A stretch of 64,000 nt of DNA from a virus. Taxonomy: Duplodnaviria > Caudoviricetes. Positions 27,137 to 37,280 of the stretch are shown here, piece after piece. The DNA is taken from IMG/VR virus record IMGVR_UViG_3300012983_000031, positions 32,001-96,000 of that record; one strand, given 5' to 3'. Within the stretch, counting starts at the first letter, position 1. The number at the start of each line of letters is the position of its first letter. A model generated the notes under the pieces. It had not been told where the DNA came from and did not search any database. It saw only the letters and a list, made by a program, of their open reading frames with translations. Made by a program: the position numbers and the translations under genes.

Positions 27137-29461
27137 TTACAGTGTGTATCCCATTTGCCATGCGTTTACATAATAAGATGAGACTTCGTGTGTTGTCTTT
27201 AATGAAAGCGCGTTTGTTGGTTTTAAAGAAGCATAATTCATTGTTCCGCCGTTATACAATGTTCCTGTATTTGCGAGTGTCGTATGCTGTATGTTAGCTA
27301 TGAATCTTGTACCTCCGCCATAATATGTGTTTCTTGTTTCATCATAGTGAACTCGCCCTTCTGTCGAATTTACTCCACCTGTATATTTGTCAACTTTGGT
27401 TTCACCGTCTGCAGAAGATCTGAATTCTTTTGATAATGTGTATATTCTTCCAAATCCTCTATTGAACATAGATTCAATAGCGTCCCTATCACGACCAAGA
27501 CCATGATCAAGTGTAACAATGGCTTTAAATCCTATAGGAAAGTCATCAGGACCTAATTCGTCAGAAAATTCTATCTTAACGTCTTTGACAATTAAATTTC
27601 CTATCATTGCAATTGGATTAAGAGGGTTTCCTATTGTCAAATGCCAATCACCTACAGGTTCACCAGTTAACAATGCTCGTTGATCTTCTATATAAGGTAC
27701 AGTTGTTCCTTTTAAGGCTTTCGCCGCGATGACTTTTTGAATAGCTCTTGATGTTCCTGTTTGAAGTGCTCCTTCAAATTCAGCGTTGAGTGATGGTTTT
27801 TCTCCTTTTAATATGCTCGTTATGCTGTTCACCGCCCCCTTAAAAAGACCAGCAATAAAATTAGCGGCATCTGGTAAGAACATCGCAAGATATCCTACAC
27901 CGTCTCTGAAAATGTTTTTTGTTATAGATTGTGTAAATCCATCTTTGCCAAAAAGTTGTCCTCTATGCAGTTTATTCATTGAATCACCATATTTCCATGG
28001 ATAAACAGCTGGATCAGTGCAGTTGTATCTCCACATTCCACCAAACCATGTACCAGATGAATATGTAAGAACAAGCATATTTGATAGCAAATCAAGAAGA
28101 ACCGCCTTATTGTTAATTCCAGCAATTGGACGTGCAACGTACTCGAACGTCACCTTTAATCCATCTTGCTTGAATTCCAGACCCCGTTCGCGTCTCATTG
28201 TGTTTCTGATTACGTTAACAGGACCGAGAATACGATTTTCATAAGGACCTTTTTTGTAAGGATCTGGCGGAATATTATGAACAGCATCAAGGTTTATTGT
28301 GCTTCCAGGATTATTGACTTCACCAAAGAATCCCATTATTGCAGCAGTCATACTTAGTCCGCTTGATAAAGCCCCACCTAAGCCACCTAATGATGTATTG
28401 TTTATCAGACCAGAACCCATATCATTTTGCTTCGATGAAATGTCGATTGGATCATCTTCTGCGATTTTCTCCTTCCATCTGTAATTGGCACTGAATGTTA
28501 ATAAATCTGACAATTTGTTTCCAGTTTCTTCTCCAAAATATGTGACAGCTGTTGCCAGAGGTGTCCATGGATCATCACTGTTGCGCCCTTGATATGTTTG
28601 AACTTTTCCGCTTTGATCAACAGTTTCGAATGCCACGCTTTCTGTTGTATTGTTAGGAGTAATTGGTTCAATAACATAGTCTCTGAATTCTATGTTATCT
28701 GTTACAGGAGCAGCATAGCGGCGAAGTGTTATAAGTCTGTTGTTTTCTATTTTGTTCCACCATTTACAAAATACGAAGTCCTGGAATGAATACGGAGTTC
28801 TTCCTCTTGGTGATTCATTTCCCCATCGTATGAGTGTTGTCGTTGTTGGCGTTTTTGAATAATGTCCGCTATATTGCTGTTCACCATCAACCTCGTAGAA
28901 TCGTCTTTTATTATACTGATCATATGTAAGGAATTGACCAACAGCATCAGCGCTACCAGATGCACCAGCAAGCTTAACAAGAGCATATGGGTGAATCATT
29001 GATCTTGCCGTCATATACTCTCGATAGTTCTTGCGCATGAAGTCGTCAATATATTTCTTCCTCTTCTCAAGAGCTTCTATGACTTTTGGATCATAGTTTC
29101 CTTCACCGTTGCTTTTGTATTCTTCTATTTGCTGTTGAACCTCCGTCGGCGTTTCGTGTAAGTCGGCAATATAAGAACCATAATCGAAATGAGGATAGAA
29201 CGTCTGTTTACCGTTTTGTCCTTGCCCGCCAACGTTATATAGAAAGAGATTTCTGTATAGCCTTGTGTCAAAGAAAGCCATACGTTTATTGTCATAGAAA
29301 TCCTTAATTGAATGTTCTATGTCTGGATCTGAATATCCATCATCACCACTAGAACGTTCAGCCGATGTCGATGTTTCTGTCATATTCACAGCAGTTGGCG
29401 CAGAGTTATTTGCCGCGTTGACTTTTTCCAAATATGCTAATTTATCTTCCGCAAATCCCAT
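27137..29461 (-). CDS. Baseplate tail-tube initiator-like protein (gp48-like)
   Basis: Context, plus C-terminal NLIVKDVKIEFSDELGPDDFPIGFKAIVTL tube-cap-type motif. Confidence 0.45.
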   Translation of the reverse strand: MGFAEDKLAYLEKVNAANNSAPTAVNMTETSTSAERSSGDDGYSDPDIEHSIKDFYDNKRMAFFDTRLYRNLFLYNVGGQGQNGKQTFYPHFDYGSYIADLHETPTEVQQQIEEYKSNGEGNYDPKVIEALEKRKKYIDDFMRKNYREYMTARSMIHPYALVKLAGASGSADAVGQFLTYDQYNKRRFYEVDGEQQYSGHYSKTPTTTTLIRWGNESPRGRTPYSFQDFVFCKWWNKIENNRLITLRRYAAPVTDNIEFRDYVIEPITPNNTTESVAFETVDQSGKVQTYQGRNSDDPWTPLATAVTYFGEETGNKLSDLLTFSANYRWKEKIAEDDPIDISSKQNDMGSGLINNTSLGGLGGALSSGLSMTAAIMGFFGEVNNPGSTINLDAVHNIPPDPYKKGPYENRILGPVNVIRNTMRRERGLEFKQDGLKVTFEYVARPIAGINNKAVLLDLLSNMLVLTYSSGTWFGGMWRYNCTDPAVYPWKYGDSMNKLHRGQLFGKDGFTQSITKNIFRDGVGYLAMFLPDAANFIAGLFKGAVNSITSILKGEKPSLNAEFEGALQTGTSRAIQKVIAAKALKGTTVPYIEDQRALLTGEPVGDWHLTIGNPLNPIAMIGNLIVKDVKIEFSDELGPDDFPIGFKAIVTLDHGLGRDRDAIESMFNRGFGRIYTLSKEFRSSADGETKVDKYTGGVNSTEGRVHYDETRNTYYGGGTRFIANIQHTTLANTGTLYNGGTMNYASLKPTNALSLKTTHEVSSYYVNAWQMGYTL

Positions 29462-30993
29462 TATCTTTGTCTTCCTATATACTTTTGGTTGAGGTATGTA
29501 TCTGCGCTGTCATTGATGATAGCATGATGATCATTCCTTATGTTATATGAAACAAGTTCAGTAAGTTGTTTGTCTATGTTGTCGTTGATGCAGTCGTACA
29601 GTCTGATGTTTGTCATGTAAGCATTTGACGGAATGATGTAGTATTTCTCAACATCAATCTCATCATAAATCTCATTTTCAACAGATGATGATGACATTTG
29701 TGTGAGTTTTCCGTTCACTTGGGTAAACAGGTTAACTTCAAATTTGTCAGACATGTTAATAATGATTCCGTACCATTTGTCTGTTTGTATTTCTTCAGTT
29801 AACTGAACAAGCGTTTCTTCATCAGTTGTTGATATTGATACAAGTGACATTCCCTTTATTGATAGAGATAACGAATTAGATGTTAATAAGTTAAGTATAT
29901 TGTCAGATGTAATCGTGTATCCTGGTAGGTTATTCCATCCTTTGACGGTTTTATTAAGTTTGACTATTTGATCACCGTTTACGTGTATTCTGTTTTTGTT
30001 CACCACCGTACCTGGTATCGTTATGGAACCACGTTGAAGCTTTATTGGTTCATTCTCTTTGAATTTGCTACCAACTGAAACATCAAGATAATATTCGCCG
30101 CTTTCCTTATAAACGGATATACCTTTTTTGATGTTCTTGATATAGTTGTTCTTTGGTTCGTGTATGTTGAACCAGCAGGTGAAGCAACGTTCATCTTCAG
30201 GTGTTATGTGATCATTTTTCTTATATTCTACAATCTTCTTTACTTTCTTATTGAGGTTATAGTAATTTCTCGCAACAGTGTGTCCATCAATTATAAGATC
30301 GAACATCTCTATTGATTTGACATTGAGCATGATAGATTCATCAGATCTTTCTGGTGTCACTTTCTTCTGTTTATCCTGTGATGTAGAAGAATATTTTGAA
30401 AGCTGGTTATCATCAACAATATCTTCAATATTTTCGTGTATGTCTTCACCGAAGCTGTCCATGAGATTTGTTGTGTTGTTCTCGATGCTTTCTTTGAGCT
30501 GTTCTCCGACAATCCTGCTTCTTGTTGGCGTGTATATAGAAAGATTCACTTTATATGATGTCAATTGACCCCCAAGCTGTTTAACTGGTTGCATGCTTAC
30601 TACCTCCATAAGTTTCTTTGTCATTGGTATGTATACGATGTCACCCTTTTGTGGAATCGTTCCATCGTTTCCAGTTGCTGTTTTCCATGTGTCGACGGCA
30701 ATGTCCATTGTCATTGGGACAGCAAAGTTAATTCCCATGATGTTGTATGTGATAGCCGCGTCATCATATCCAGAGTCCGAATACATGGCTTTGAAGCTTA
30801 ACGGGCAGTCTTCTACACCAAAAAGTGTATATGATTGAAATATAACATCTTGTGATCTTTTATCTGGTACTAATCTAAACCACATGACATCAACGCCAGC
30901 GATTTCTGTCGCCGCCGAATTGAGTCCTCCAAGTATTTCGTTAACGAATTTTGTAGCAGCCTCTTGTATCGATGTTGGTGTTACTGTTGCCAT
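29461..30993 (-). CDS. gp14: gp14-like neck protein with C-terminal beta-sandwich extension
   Basis: GVDVMWF...DVIF...IPQKGDIVYIPMTKKLMEVVSMQP...SYKVNLSIY. Confidence 0.7.
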   Translation of the reverse strand: MATVTPTSIQEAATKFVNEILGGLNSAATEIAGVDVMWFRLVPDKRSQDVIFQSYTLFGVEDCPLSFKAMYSDSGYDDAAITYNIMGINFAVPMTMDIAVDTWKTATGNDGTIPQKGDIVYIPMTKKLMEVVSMQPVKQLGGQLTSYKVNLSIYTPTRSRIVGEQLKESIENNTTNLMDSFGEDIHENIEDIVDDNQLSKYSSTSQDKQKKVTPERSDESIMLNVKSIEMFDLIIDGHTVARNYYNLNKKVKKIVEYKKNDHITPEDERCFTCWFNIHEPKNNYIKNIKKGISVYKESGEYYLDVSVGSKFKENEPIKLQRGSITIPGTVVNKNRIHVNGDQIVKLNKTVKGWNNLPGYTITSDNILNLLTSNSLSLSIKGMSLVSISTTDEETLVQLTEEIQTDKWYGIIINMSDKFEVNLFTQVNGKLTQMSSSSVENEIYDEIDVEKYYIIPSNAYMTNIRLYDCINDNIDKQLTELVSYNIRNDHHAIINDSADTYLNQKYIGRQR

Positions 30994-31013
30994 TGTAGCA
31001 AGTTTCTTTGGAC

Positions 31014-31090
31014 TATTTATCTGATTTTTGCATATTTAACAATTTTTAACACCCGATTTTTAATCGTTTTTATGTTTTCTCCGTATAATA
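31014..31090. promoter_or_regulatory. Divergent late (- strand, 31014-31022) and middle (+ strand, 31059-31090) promoters
   Basis: AGATAAATAG leftwards; TTTAATCGTTTT-N12-GTATAATA rightwards. Confidence 0.8.
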
Positions 31091-31125
31091 GTGTAGAGAG
31101 CACCTTTTTGTGGTGCCGTTTGCAC

Positions 31126-32694
31126 ATGCTACAAGCACAATTATTAGATAACGGAAAATGGGTTCTTGTAGAGGGTGATGCTTTAGAGATGCAGCAGTTA
31201 AAGCTGAGTTTCACCAAAAAGATCAATTCTTGGTTCATAATCAAGAACAAGAACCCTAATGCACAAGTCGAGGAGAAGTTCATGAACAATTTTGGACTTA
31301 TGCCTGTTGGGTTGTGGATAGAATTGATCCGTGTCTGTGAGAAATTCAACTATAATATTCAGTTCATTGGGGATTTCGAAAATAAAATCAAGAATAGTGC
31401 TGTATCATATGATACGTTTGCCGAGTACATTTCTGGTTTGTTCAAAAATTCAACAATGAGTCCGAGGGATTATCAGATGGAAGGTGTGTTCAAGATGATT
31501 GAATACAAGAAGTGTTGTGTTGAGGTGTCTACATCTGGAGGAAAAACGTTAATGGCATATATGCTGTTCCGTTTTATGAAAGATTTTCTTCACTTCAATC
31601 ACATCTTGTTCATCACTCCAAAGACAAATCTAACAACTCAATCAGCAGATAAATTCCTTCAATACGATTCAACGAACCAACTTATTACTGACTGGACTTA
31701 TAGCGAAGTTCACGCAAAGGCTAAAAAGAAGGAACTTTATGATGAAAACATCGTTTTCGGAAACTATCAGTCATTGTGCAGAAAACCAGATGCGTTCTTC
31801 GAGAAGTTTGATGCAGTTATCATTGATGAGTGTCACCATGCTACGTCTCCAAGTATCAGAAAGATTGTTAGTAAATGCGTCAATGCTGAATATAAGATTG
31901 GAATGACTGGAACATTTCCAGAGGAAGGTTCATATGATAACTTTGTATTGTCATCATATGTTGGCCCTGTTGTGTTCCGTTTGCCAAGTTATGAACTAAT
32001 CGAAAATAAAAAATCCGCAACACCTGTATACATTAATTCATTCTTTATCAAATATTTGGATCAAGAAAGTTTGTATGATTTATATAGAATGCGTTCTGTA
32101 AGCAAAGCTGATGATCCAACTCTTGGTAACAGAATACTTGCCCGCGAACGAGAAGTTGCGAGGGATAGTGCTCTTAGGCTTAGTTTCATATGCAATATGA
32201 TTGCTAAGACAACTAAGAATACTCTTGTCATTTTCTCAGATGTCGAGAATGGATATGGAAAGAAAATCTATGACAGGTTAAGGGAAACAACAGACAAAAC
32301 ATGTTTTTATATTGATGGAAACACGAATACGAACGTTCGTGATGAAATGAAACAGTCTATGGAGGACGATTTGACAGGAAACACAATAATCGTTGCATCT
32401 ATGGGTTGTTTCTCTGAAGGTATTGATATATGCAACATGTGGAACATTTTCCTTGTCGAAACAACAAAATCAGACACGATACTTGCACAGATACTTGGAC
32501 GTGGTATGCGAAAGTTTGAGGGAAAGGATAGAACAATTATGATAGACTTTGTTGATGATTACAGATATGGAGGCGGTTACTATGAGGAAAACTATCTGTA
32601 TAGGCATGGGTGTGAACGTATGGAAATCTATAAAAAAAGAGGTTTCCCGTGCAGCAGATTCGATATAGACTTGCGAGAAAAAAGCTTATTTTGA
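31126..32694 (+). CDS. uvsW: UvsW-like SF2 DNA helicase
   Basis: PRDYQ, STSGGKT (motif I), IIDECHH (II), GMTGT (III), QILGRGMR (VI). Start revised to ATG 31126, downstream of the promoter. Confidence 0.92.
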   Translation: MLQAQLLDNGKWVLVEGDALEMQQLKLSFTKKINSWFIIKNKNPNAQVEEKFMNNFGLMPVGLWIELIRVCEKFNYNIQFIGDFENKIKNSAVSYDTFAEYISGLFKNSTMSPRDYQMEGVFKMIEYKKCCVEVSTSGGKTLMAYMLFRFMKDFLHFNHILFITPKTNLTTQSADKFLQYDSTNQLITDWTYSEVHAKAKKKELYDENIVFGNYQSLCRKPDAFFEKFDAVIIDECHHATSPSIRKIVSKCVNAEYKIGMTGTFPEEGSYDNFVLSSYVGPVVFRLPSYELIENKKSATPVYINSFFIKYLDQESLYDLYRMRSVSKADDPTLGNRILAREREVARDSALRLSFICNMIAKTTKNTLVIFSDVENGYGKKIYDRLRETTDKTCFYIDGNTNTNVRDEMKQSMEDDLTGNTIIVASMGCFSEGIDICNMWNIFLVETTKSDTILAQILGRGMRKFEGKDRTIMIDFVDDYRYGGGYYEENYLYRHGCERMEIYKKRGFPCSRFDIDLREKSLF

Positions 32695-32727
32695 TTTTCA
32701 GATAAATAATAAAATATTATTTTCAAA

Positions 32728-33243
32728 ATGGCAAGACTTTATCGAAGAGATCGTGTGTTACTTGAAGATCTCGAACAAAAATATGGAATCGATGCGTTAT
32801 CATCAGCTATTATTGCCATCGCTAATCAGCAAAATGGTGTAGAGGAACGCGCAGGTTCAACATCTCCGACAGAGGCGGTGCTTGATTTCATCAAGTACAT
32901 TGAGGGAGTTCGTATTCGTTTAAGAGAAATGCATTGGGCGACAGAAGTACATGCACAGCACACTTTAACTGATAGCATTATATCCACACTTGAAGATACA
33001 GAGGATAATATTGCTGAGGATTTAATGGGCGTATGCGGTTTTCGCATAAAGGTTGGTGCTGTTGTCCCATTGATGACAAACCAGGTTGAGCTTGAGTCTC
33101 TTCTTGACGAACTACACGAAAAAGTTTCTCAGCTTACGGCTGCGCTTGAGAATGGAGGAGATACTTATGGCGGAATTGTAAACGTGCTTGAGGATCTCAT
33201 GCACCAGATAGGAAAATGGAGATATTTGGCAACGTTCAAATAA
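32728..33243 (+). CDS. Dps/ferritin-like protein (DUF5856-like), late promoter
   Basis: LREMHW...AQHTLTD...DNIAE..MG and C-terminal KWRYL. AGATAAATA at 32700-32708. Confidence 0.75.
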   Translation: MARLYRRDRVLLEDLEQKYGIDALSSAIIAIANQQNGVEERAGSTSPTEAVLDFIKYIEGVRIRLREMHWATEVHAQHTLTDSIISTLEDTEDNIAEDLMGVCGFRIKVGAVVPLMTNQVELESLLDELHEKVSQLTAALENGGDTYGGIVNVLEDLMHQIGKWRYLATFK

Positions 33244-33272
33244 GTTTCTTCGATAATTTGCAAATTTTTTAG

Positions 33273-33303
33273 AGGGATGTACAAAATTGTGCATCCTTTT
33301 TTT
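33273..33303 (+). terminator. Intrinsic terminator
   Basis: GGATGTACA-aaat-TGTGCATCC followed by T7. Confidence 0.75.
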
Positions 33304-33332
33304 AATCGTTTTTTTATTTTTACCGTATAATA
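33301..33332 (+). promoter_or_regulatory. Middle-type promoter TTTAATCGTTTT-N12-GTATAATA
   Basis: Exact motif 25 nt upstream of ATG 33358. Confidence 0.8.
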
Positions 33333-33357
33333 ATGTAAAGAGAAGATTTTTAATCAG

Positions 33358-33534
33358 ATGGATATCAAAATTCTATATGCTGATGTTGAGGTTGATAGCA
33401 ATGATTTCTTTGTGGTAACACCAGAGGGAAATTATTTCAACTTTCCAGCAGATAAGTTTAACGAGAGCAGTGAAGATTTTACGATTATAGACACACGTTC
33501 ACATAAACCATACCTCGTTAAATTTCATGAGTAA
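33358..33534 (+). CDS. Small 58-aa hypothetical protein (MDIKILYADVEV...)
   Basis: Hand-translated; first ORF after the middle promoter and overlapping the next start. Confidence 0.7.
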   Translation: MDIKILYADVEVDSNDFFVVTPEGNYFNFPADKFNESSEDFTIIDTRSHKPYLVKFHE

Positions 33535-34390
33535 TCAGACAAATAAAATTGAAAAGTTAGGATACGGTGTTATCGTATTTGATGATGTTGCTCATTTGAG
33601 AAACATGTTGACAGAAGTAAGACCAAGCTGCGATCTTATTGTTCTGTGCCTGCAGAATGAATCATATTATGGCGTTCCGATTAACCAGAACGTTGTGAAG
33701 CACGTTAAAACGTTAATTGACGAAGGTCTTGCTGATGATGCTATATGGTTCAATCCTACTAATTTTCATAAGGAAGAAGGAAATAGTGCTCCACGTTTCG
33801 TTGAAACAGACAAGAGAAATTATATCCTTGATTATCTTGAGAATCAGGGATGTACATATAGTATGGTTGTTGATAGCGATGAATATTATGACGGTGAGGA
33901 TTTTGCGAACGCCAAACGTTTGGTTGAGAACACAGATAAATTGAAGATTACTTACTGTCAGTATGTGAATTATTACAGGGATTATCGTCATGTGATGATT
34001 TGGCCGTTCTATTGCTATGTTCCATTTATAACGCAGAGCAAATATCGCTTTGACTTCAAGAACGGAAGTTTCGACAAGCCATCTGATCCAACAAGAAGAT
34101 ATACGATAAATGAGCCAAACACATTCTATTGCATAATGAATTACCATGTTGTGAAGATGCATCATCTATCATGGATACGCCAGGATATCGCTCAAAAGAT
34201 TGATAACTGGTCATCAAAGAAATATTTTGAGCATGCAATAGGTTTAAGGGACAGAATTATAGATAGATATAATAATTATAAAGAGGGTCAGAACGCTATA
34301 ATAATGTTTAACACCCCTAATTATGAAGTAGTTGTTGACACTCTCCAAAAACAATACATTAACCCAAAATACGGTTTAACAATTATTTGA
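33527..34390 (+). CDS. GT-A fold (GT2-like) glycosyltransferase
   Basis: ETDKRN..LD.L...YSMVVDSDEYY (DxD) ...MHHLSW.R. Confidence 0.7.
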   Translation: MSNQTNKIEKLGYGVIVFDDVAHLRNMLTEVRPSCDLIVLCLQNESYYGVPINQNVVKHVKTLIDEGLADDAIWFNPTNFHKEEGNSAPRFVETDKRNYILDYLENQGCTYSMVVDSDEYYDGEDFANAKRLVENTDKLKITYCQYVNYYRDYRHVMIWPFYCYVPFITQSKYRFDFKNGSFDKPSDPTRRYTINEPNTFYCIMNYHVVKMHHLSWIRQDIAQKIDNWSSKKYFEHAIGLRDRIIDRYNNYKEGQNAIIMFNTPNYEVVVDTLQKQYINPKYGLTII

Positions 34391-34392
34391 TT

Positions 34393-35361
34393 ATGGAAAA
34401 GATTGCTATCATGGTAATGGCGGCGAACGCCGAACCTTCAACGCGTAATCTCGAAGCTATTGGGGATACGTTGATTAAGTATTATAACGATAATAAAGAT
34501 CGATTCAAACATGAATATGATTTTTACTTCTACTGGTGCGAACCTCTTATAGATGAAGAAGTTGAGATGGAAGATTCAGATGTTTATCAGAATCTTAAGC
34601 TTATTAAAGTGAAGGAAGAGGAAAGCGTGTACAGAACATTCGAGAAGACAATCAAGGCTTTTGATTTAATTGAGAAGAACAAGTATGATTGGTACGTTCG
34701 AATGAACATTTCAATGTGGCTTAATATTGATCTTCTTGATGCTGTCATTGATCAGTTTAATCATAATTGCATATACGGAAACGCATTGAACAGTTTTGTC
34801 AATCTTAACAGCTCATATGTGGATGACTTGTACGTTCGCGGGGATTTGATGATTTTTGATTCTACCGCTATGACAGGTATGTTGAGCCAAGCGTTAAAAT
34901 ACATGTATTCTGATATAAACATGAAGGTTCGTGATGGAATTGATCATGTCGATGATTGCTTGTTGGGTGCTTGTTTCATCGATTACGCTGGTGCCAATTA
35001 TTATGAGAATCTTTACATGTTGTCATATACATATCTTCCAGATTTCAACGTTGATGAAAATCTGAAACCACGTATGTATCATATTGGTACACGAGTTAAG
35101 ACTGTTCCTCCTAATGAGACATATTCAGGTTATTCGTGGGATGATAATGAATGGAGAAAGAAAGATGTGGAAAAGATGCATAAGCTAACGAACTACATCA
35201 TTGAACATCCGTTTGATTACAAGTCTATTAAGATGAAGGATGTTCTTATTGATAAGGCAAAAGCCAGACAAACGTTGTTCATCACAGCAAGTTCACAAGA
35301 TGTCTTCAAATGTTTTCATAAATTTCTGTCAGAAAAGAGAAAGGTTTGGCAAAATGCCTAA
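34393..35361 (+). CDS. Glycosyltransferase-like protein
   Basis: KIAIMVMA...EKTIKAF....YDWYVRMNIS...GDLMIF...DDCLLG resembles GT-A (galactosyltransferase-like) enzymes. Confidence 0.55.
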   Translation: MEKIAIMVMAANAEPSTRNLEAIGDTLIKYYNDNKDRFKHEYDFYFYWCEPLIDEEVEMEDSDVYQNLKLIKVKEEESVYRTFEKTIKAFDLIEKNKYDWYVRMNISMWLNIDLLDAVIDQFNHNCIYGNALNSFVNLNSSYVDDLYVRGDLMIFDSTAMTGMLSQALKYMYSDINMKVRDGIDHVDDCLLGACFIDYAGANYYENLYMLSYTYLPDFNVDENLKPRMYHIGTRVKTVPPNETYSGYSWDDNEWRKKDVEKMHKLTNYIIEHPFDYKSIKMKDVLIDKAKARQTLFITASSQDVFKCFHKFLSEKRKVWQNA

Positions 35362-35367
35362 CCTTTC

Positions 35368-36372
35368 TTATTCGTTTATAACGTCGCTTATATCTTGTAT
35401 TAATATTTTCTTTGTTGTCCCATTGAGTTGATCAATATATATATAAGCATAGCATTTATATGGAAATCCTTTTTCTGCAGCATCTTCGATCACCTGTTTA
35501 GGAATATACAGATCTTTTGTCAACATGTTTCTGTCTGTTCCTTCAGAATAATCTTTTATTGTTATCACAAAGTTATCAAGTTTCTCTGCGTCAAAGTTTT
35601 GAAATTTACCGACTTGTACGTTTCCAATCGTTTCCGTTGTTCCTCCATAATTGCCGATATATCCTCTTAATGTGAGCTTCTCATTATATTTGTCATAATA
35701 TGTTGGCTTCTTGAACTTTTCAGCGATTATTCCGTCCATTCTTGGCGATGATAAGTCTGTGACGAATTCAAGTTCAATCCTATAGTGTCCAAGGTGTTTT
35801 GTCAAATTTTGCTCATTCACAGTTATTCCAAGACAATATGAATTTGTTGTGATATAATTTTCTGGAGACGTTTCATCAAGTATTTTCGCATATTGTGATA
35901 AGTTTTCATTTATATGCCTTGGTGTTTCGAATCCATATTCATGGGCGCTTAATGCTGTTTTGAATATTAATGCTTTTGATGCAACTCTTGTTTTCACGCT
36001 TTTTGGTATTGCTGTGAACGTAAGATTTACTGATTCAACATCTTCTTGATCCTCGTCATATTTTGTATTCCACGTTGCAAGTATATCAGCATCAACATCA
36101 TATACGGTTGATGTTTCAATGACATTGTTGATTATAAGAATATATGAGACATTTGGCTTTGAGTATATGATGTAATCATATTTTATTGGTGCTACTTTAT
36201 AATCGTTTGGTATTGTTACCGATTCTTCTAAAATATTGACCATTAAAGGTTTGAATGTTGACGGTGCAGACATGTATGTTCCAACATATGTCAATGTTGC
36301 ACGCGCACCTTGATCGCCTGTTGATCCAGGAATAAAAGATGATGTTGATCCGTTTATTTGTTTTGTTTCCAT
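35368..36372 (-). CDS. Virion structural/fibre-associated protein with N-terminal GxxGxxG
   Basis: PGSTGDQGA near the N-terminus; last gene of a late structural operon. Confidence 0.55.
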   Translation of the reverse strand: METKQINGSTSSFIPGSTGDQGARATLTYVGTYMSAPSTFKPLMVNILEESVTIPNDYKVAPIKYDYIIYSKPNVSYILIINNVIETSTVYDVDADILATWNTKYDEDQEDVESVNLTFTAIPKSVKTRVASKALIFKTALSAHEYGFETPRHINENLSQYAKILDETSPENYITTNSYCLGITVNEQNLTKHLGHYRIELEFVTDLSSPRMDGIIAEKFKKPTYYDKYNEKLTLRGYIGNYGGTTETIGNVQVGKFQNFDAEKLDNFVITIKDYSEGTDRNMLTKDLYIPKQVIEDAAEKGFPYKCYAYIYIDQLNGTTKKILIQDISDVINE

Positions 36373-37280
36373 TATGATGCGCGTTTTATTTTAAGTGATT
36401 TTATATATTGATTATTGTCAAAATAATATTCGATGTATGCAGAACATAAACATTTTGTGTTTCTGTTGTCTGATGAATCCGTTTCGTTTGTGAAGAAATT
36501 GATGCTTGTGTCAAATTTTTCCTCAGTGCTTCCGTTTCCTTTGTATTTGTCAATATATCCAGATACTGACCAATATGGACTGAATCCATTACCAAATGGG
36601 TAAAAATAACGATTGTCTATAAATATTTTTAAGTTGTTTCCGTTAAAATCATCATGTTTTATGATTTTTTCAAATCGTAATCCAGATGCAAAATTCAATA
36701 TAAGTTTTACAGATTTTTCTTTAAAAGTATTTACCTTATTGAGAAAATAAGTTTTTTCGTCGTCGTTTCCGAATCCGAACTTCAGGTATCTGCCATAGCA
36801 TGATGAGTCTTTTGTGTCTCTGTGCCTATATAAGGGTGAGTCGTTGTTCCCAACATAATTATACACGTTTTGGCTATAAATTCCAGAAGCTGTATCAATA
36901 TAAAGAAAAACATCACAAAACTCATCCTCAATGGTTCCATCATCTGGTTTATCCTCTGTATAAACAAGAGACCCAATATTACGGAGGGTTACAATCGGCA
37001 GATATGATTCAGGATCAAGATTTGTAGAAACATCTATCATGTACATGGATGCATCATTTGCAAGTATCATGTCCCCAGTGACATAATTAACGTTTTCATA
37101 ATCGAGCGCATCATTATCACTAAGCGGAAAATTGTGTTGAATTTTGTCGATCATTTTTGCAGTCTGGTTACTGCCATATGCAGAATAATAGATATGAAAT
37201 CCATCTCCTCCACCTTTTCCCTGAGATCCTTGCGGTGAATATCCGCATATTCCGTTTTTATAAATGTTTACCGAATCCAT
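36372..37280 (-). CDS. Virion structural/fibre-associated protein with N-terminal GxxGxxG
   Basis: QGSQGKGGGDG..IYY...GDMIL; TAATG-coupled to its neighbours. Confidence 0.55.
   Translation of the reverse strand: MDSVNIYKNGICGYSPQGSQGKGGGDGFHIYYSAYGSNQTAKMIDKIQHNFPLSDNDALDYENVNYVTGDMILANDASMYMIDVSTNLDPESYLPIVTLRNIGSLVYTEDKPDDGTIEDEFCDVFLYIDTASGIYSQNVYNYVGNNDSPLYRHRDTKDSSCYGRYLKFGFGNDDEKTYFLNKVNTFKEKSVKLILNFASGLRFEKIIKHDDFNGNNLKIFIDNRYFYPFGNGFSPYWSVSGYIDKYKGNGSTEEKFDTSINFFTNETDSSDNRNTKCLCSAYIEYYFDNNQYIKSLKIKRAS

Noticed and set aside
22227-29461. Bacterial eCIS/T6SS locus
   Set aside because: Portal, neck, head-completion, late sigma and Uvs genes show this is a DNA-packaging phage.
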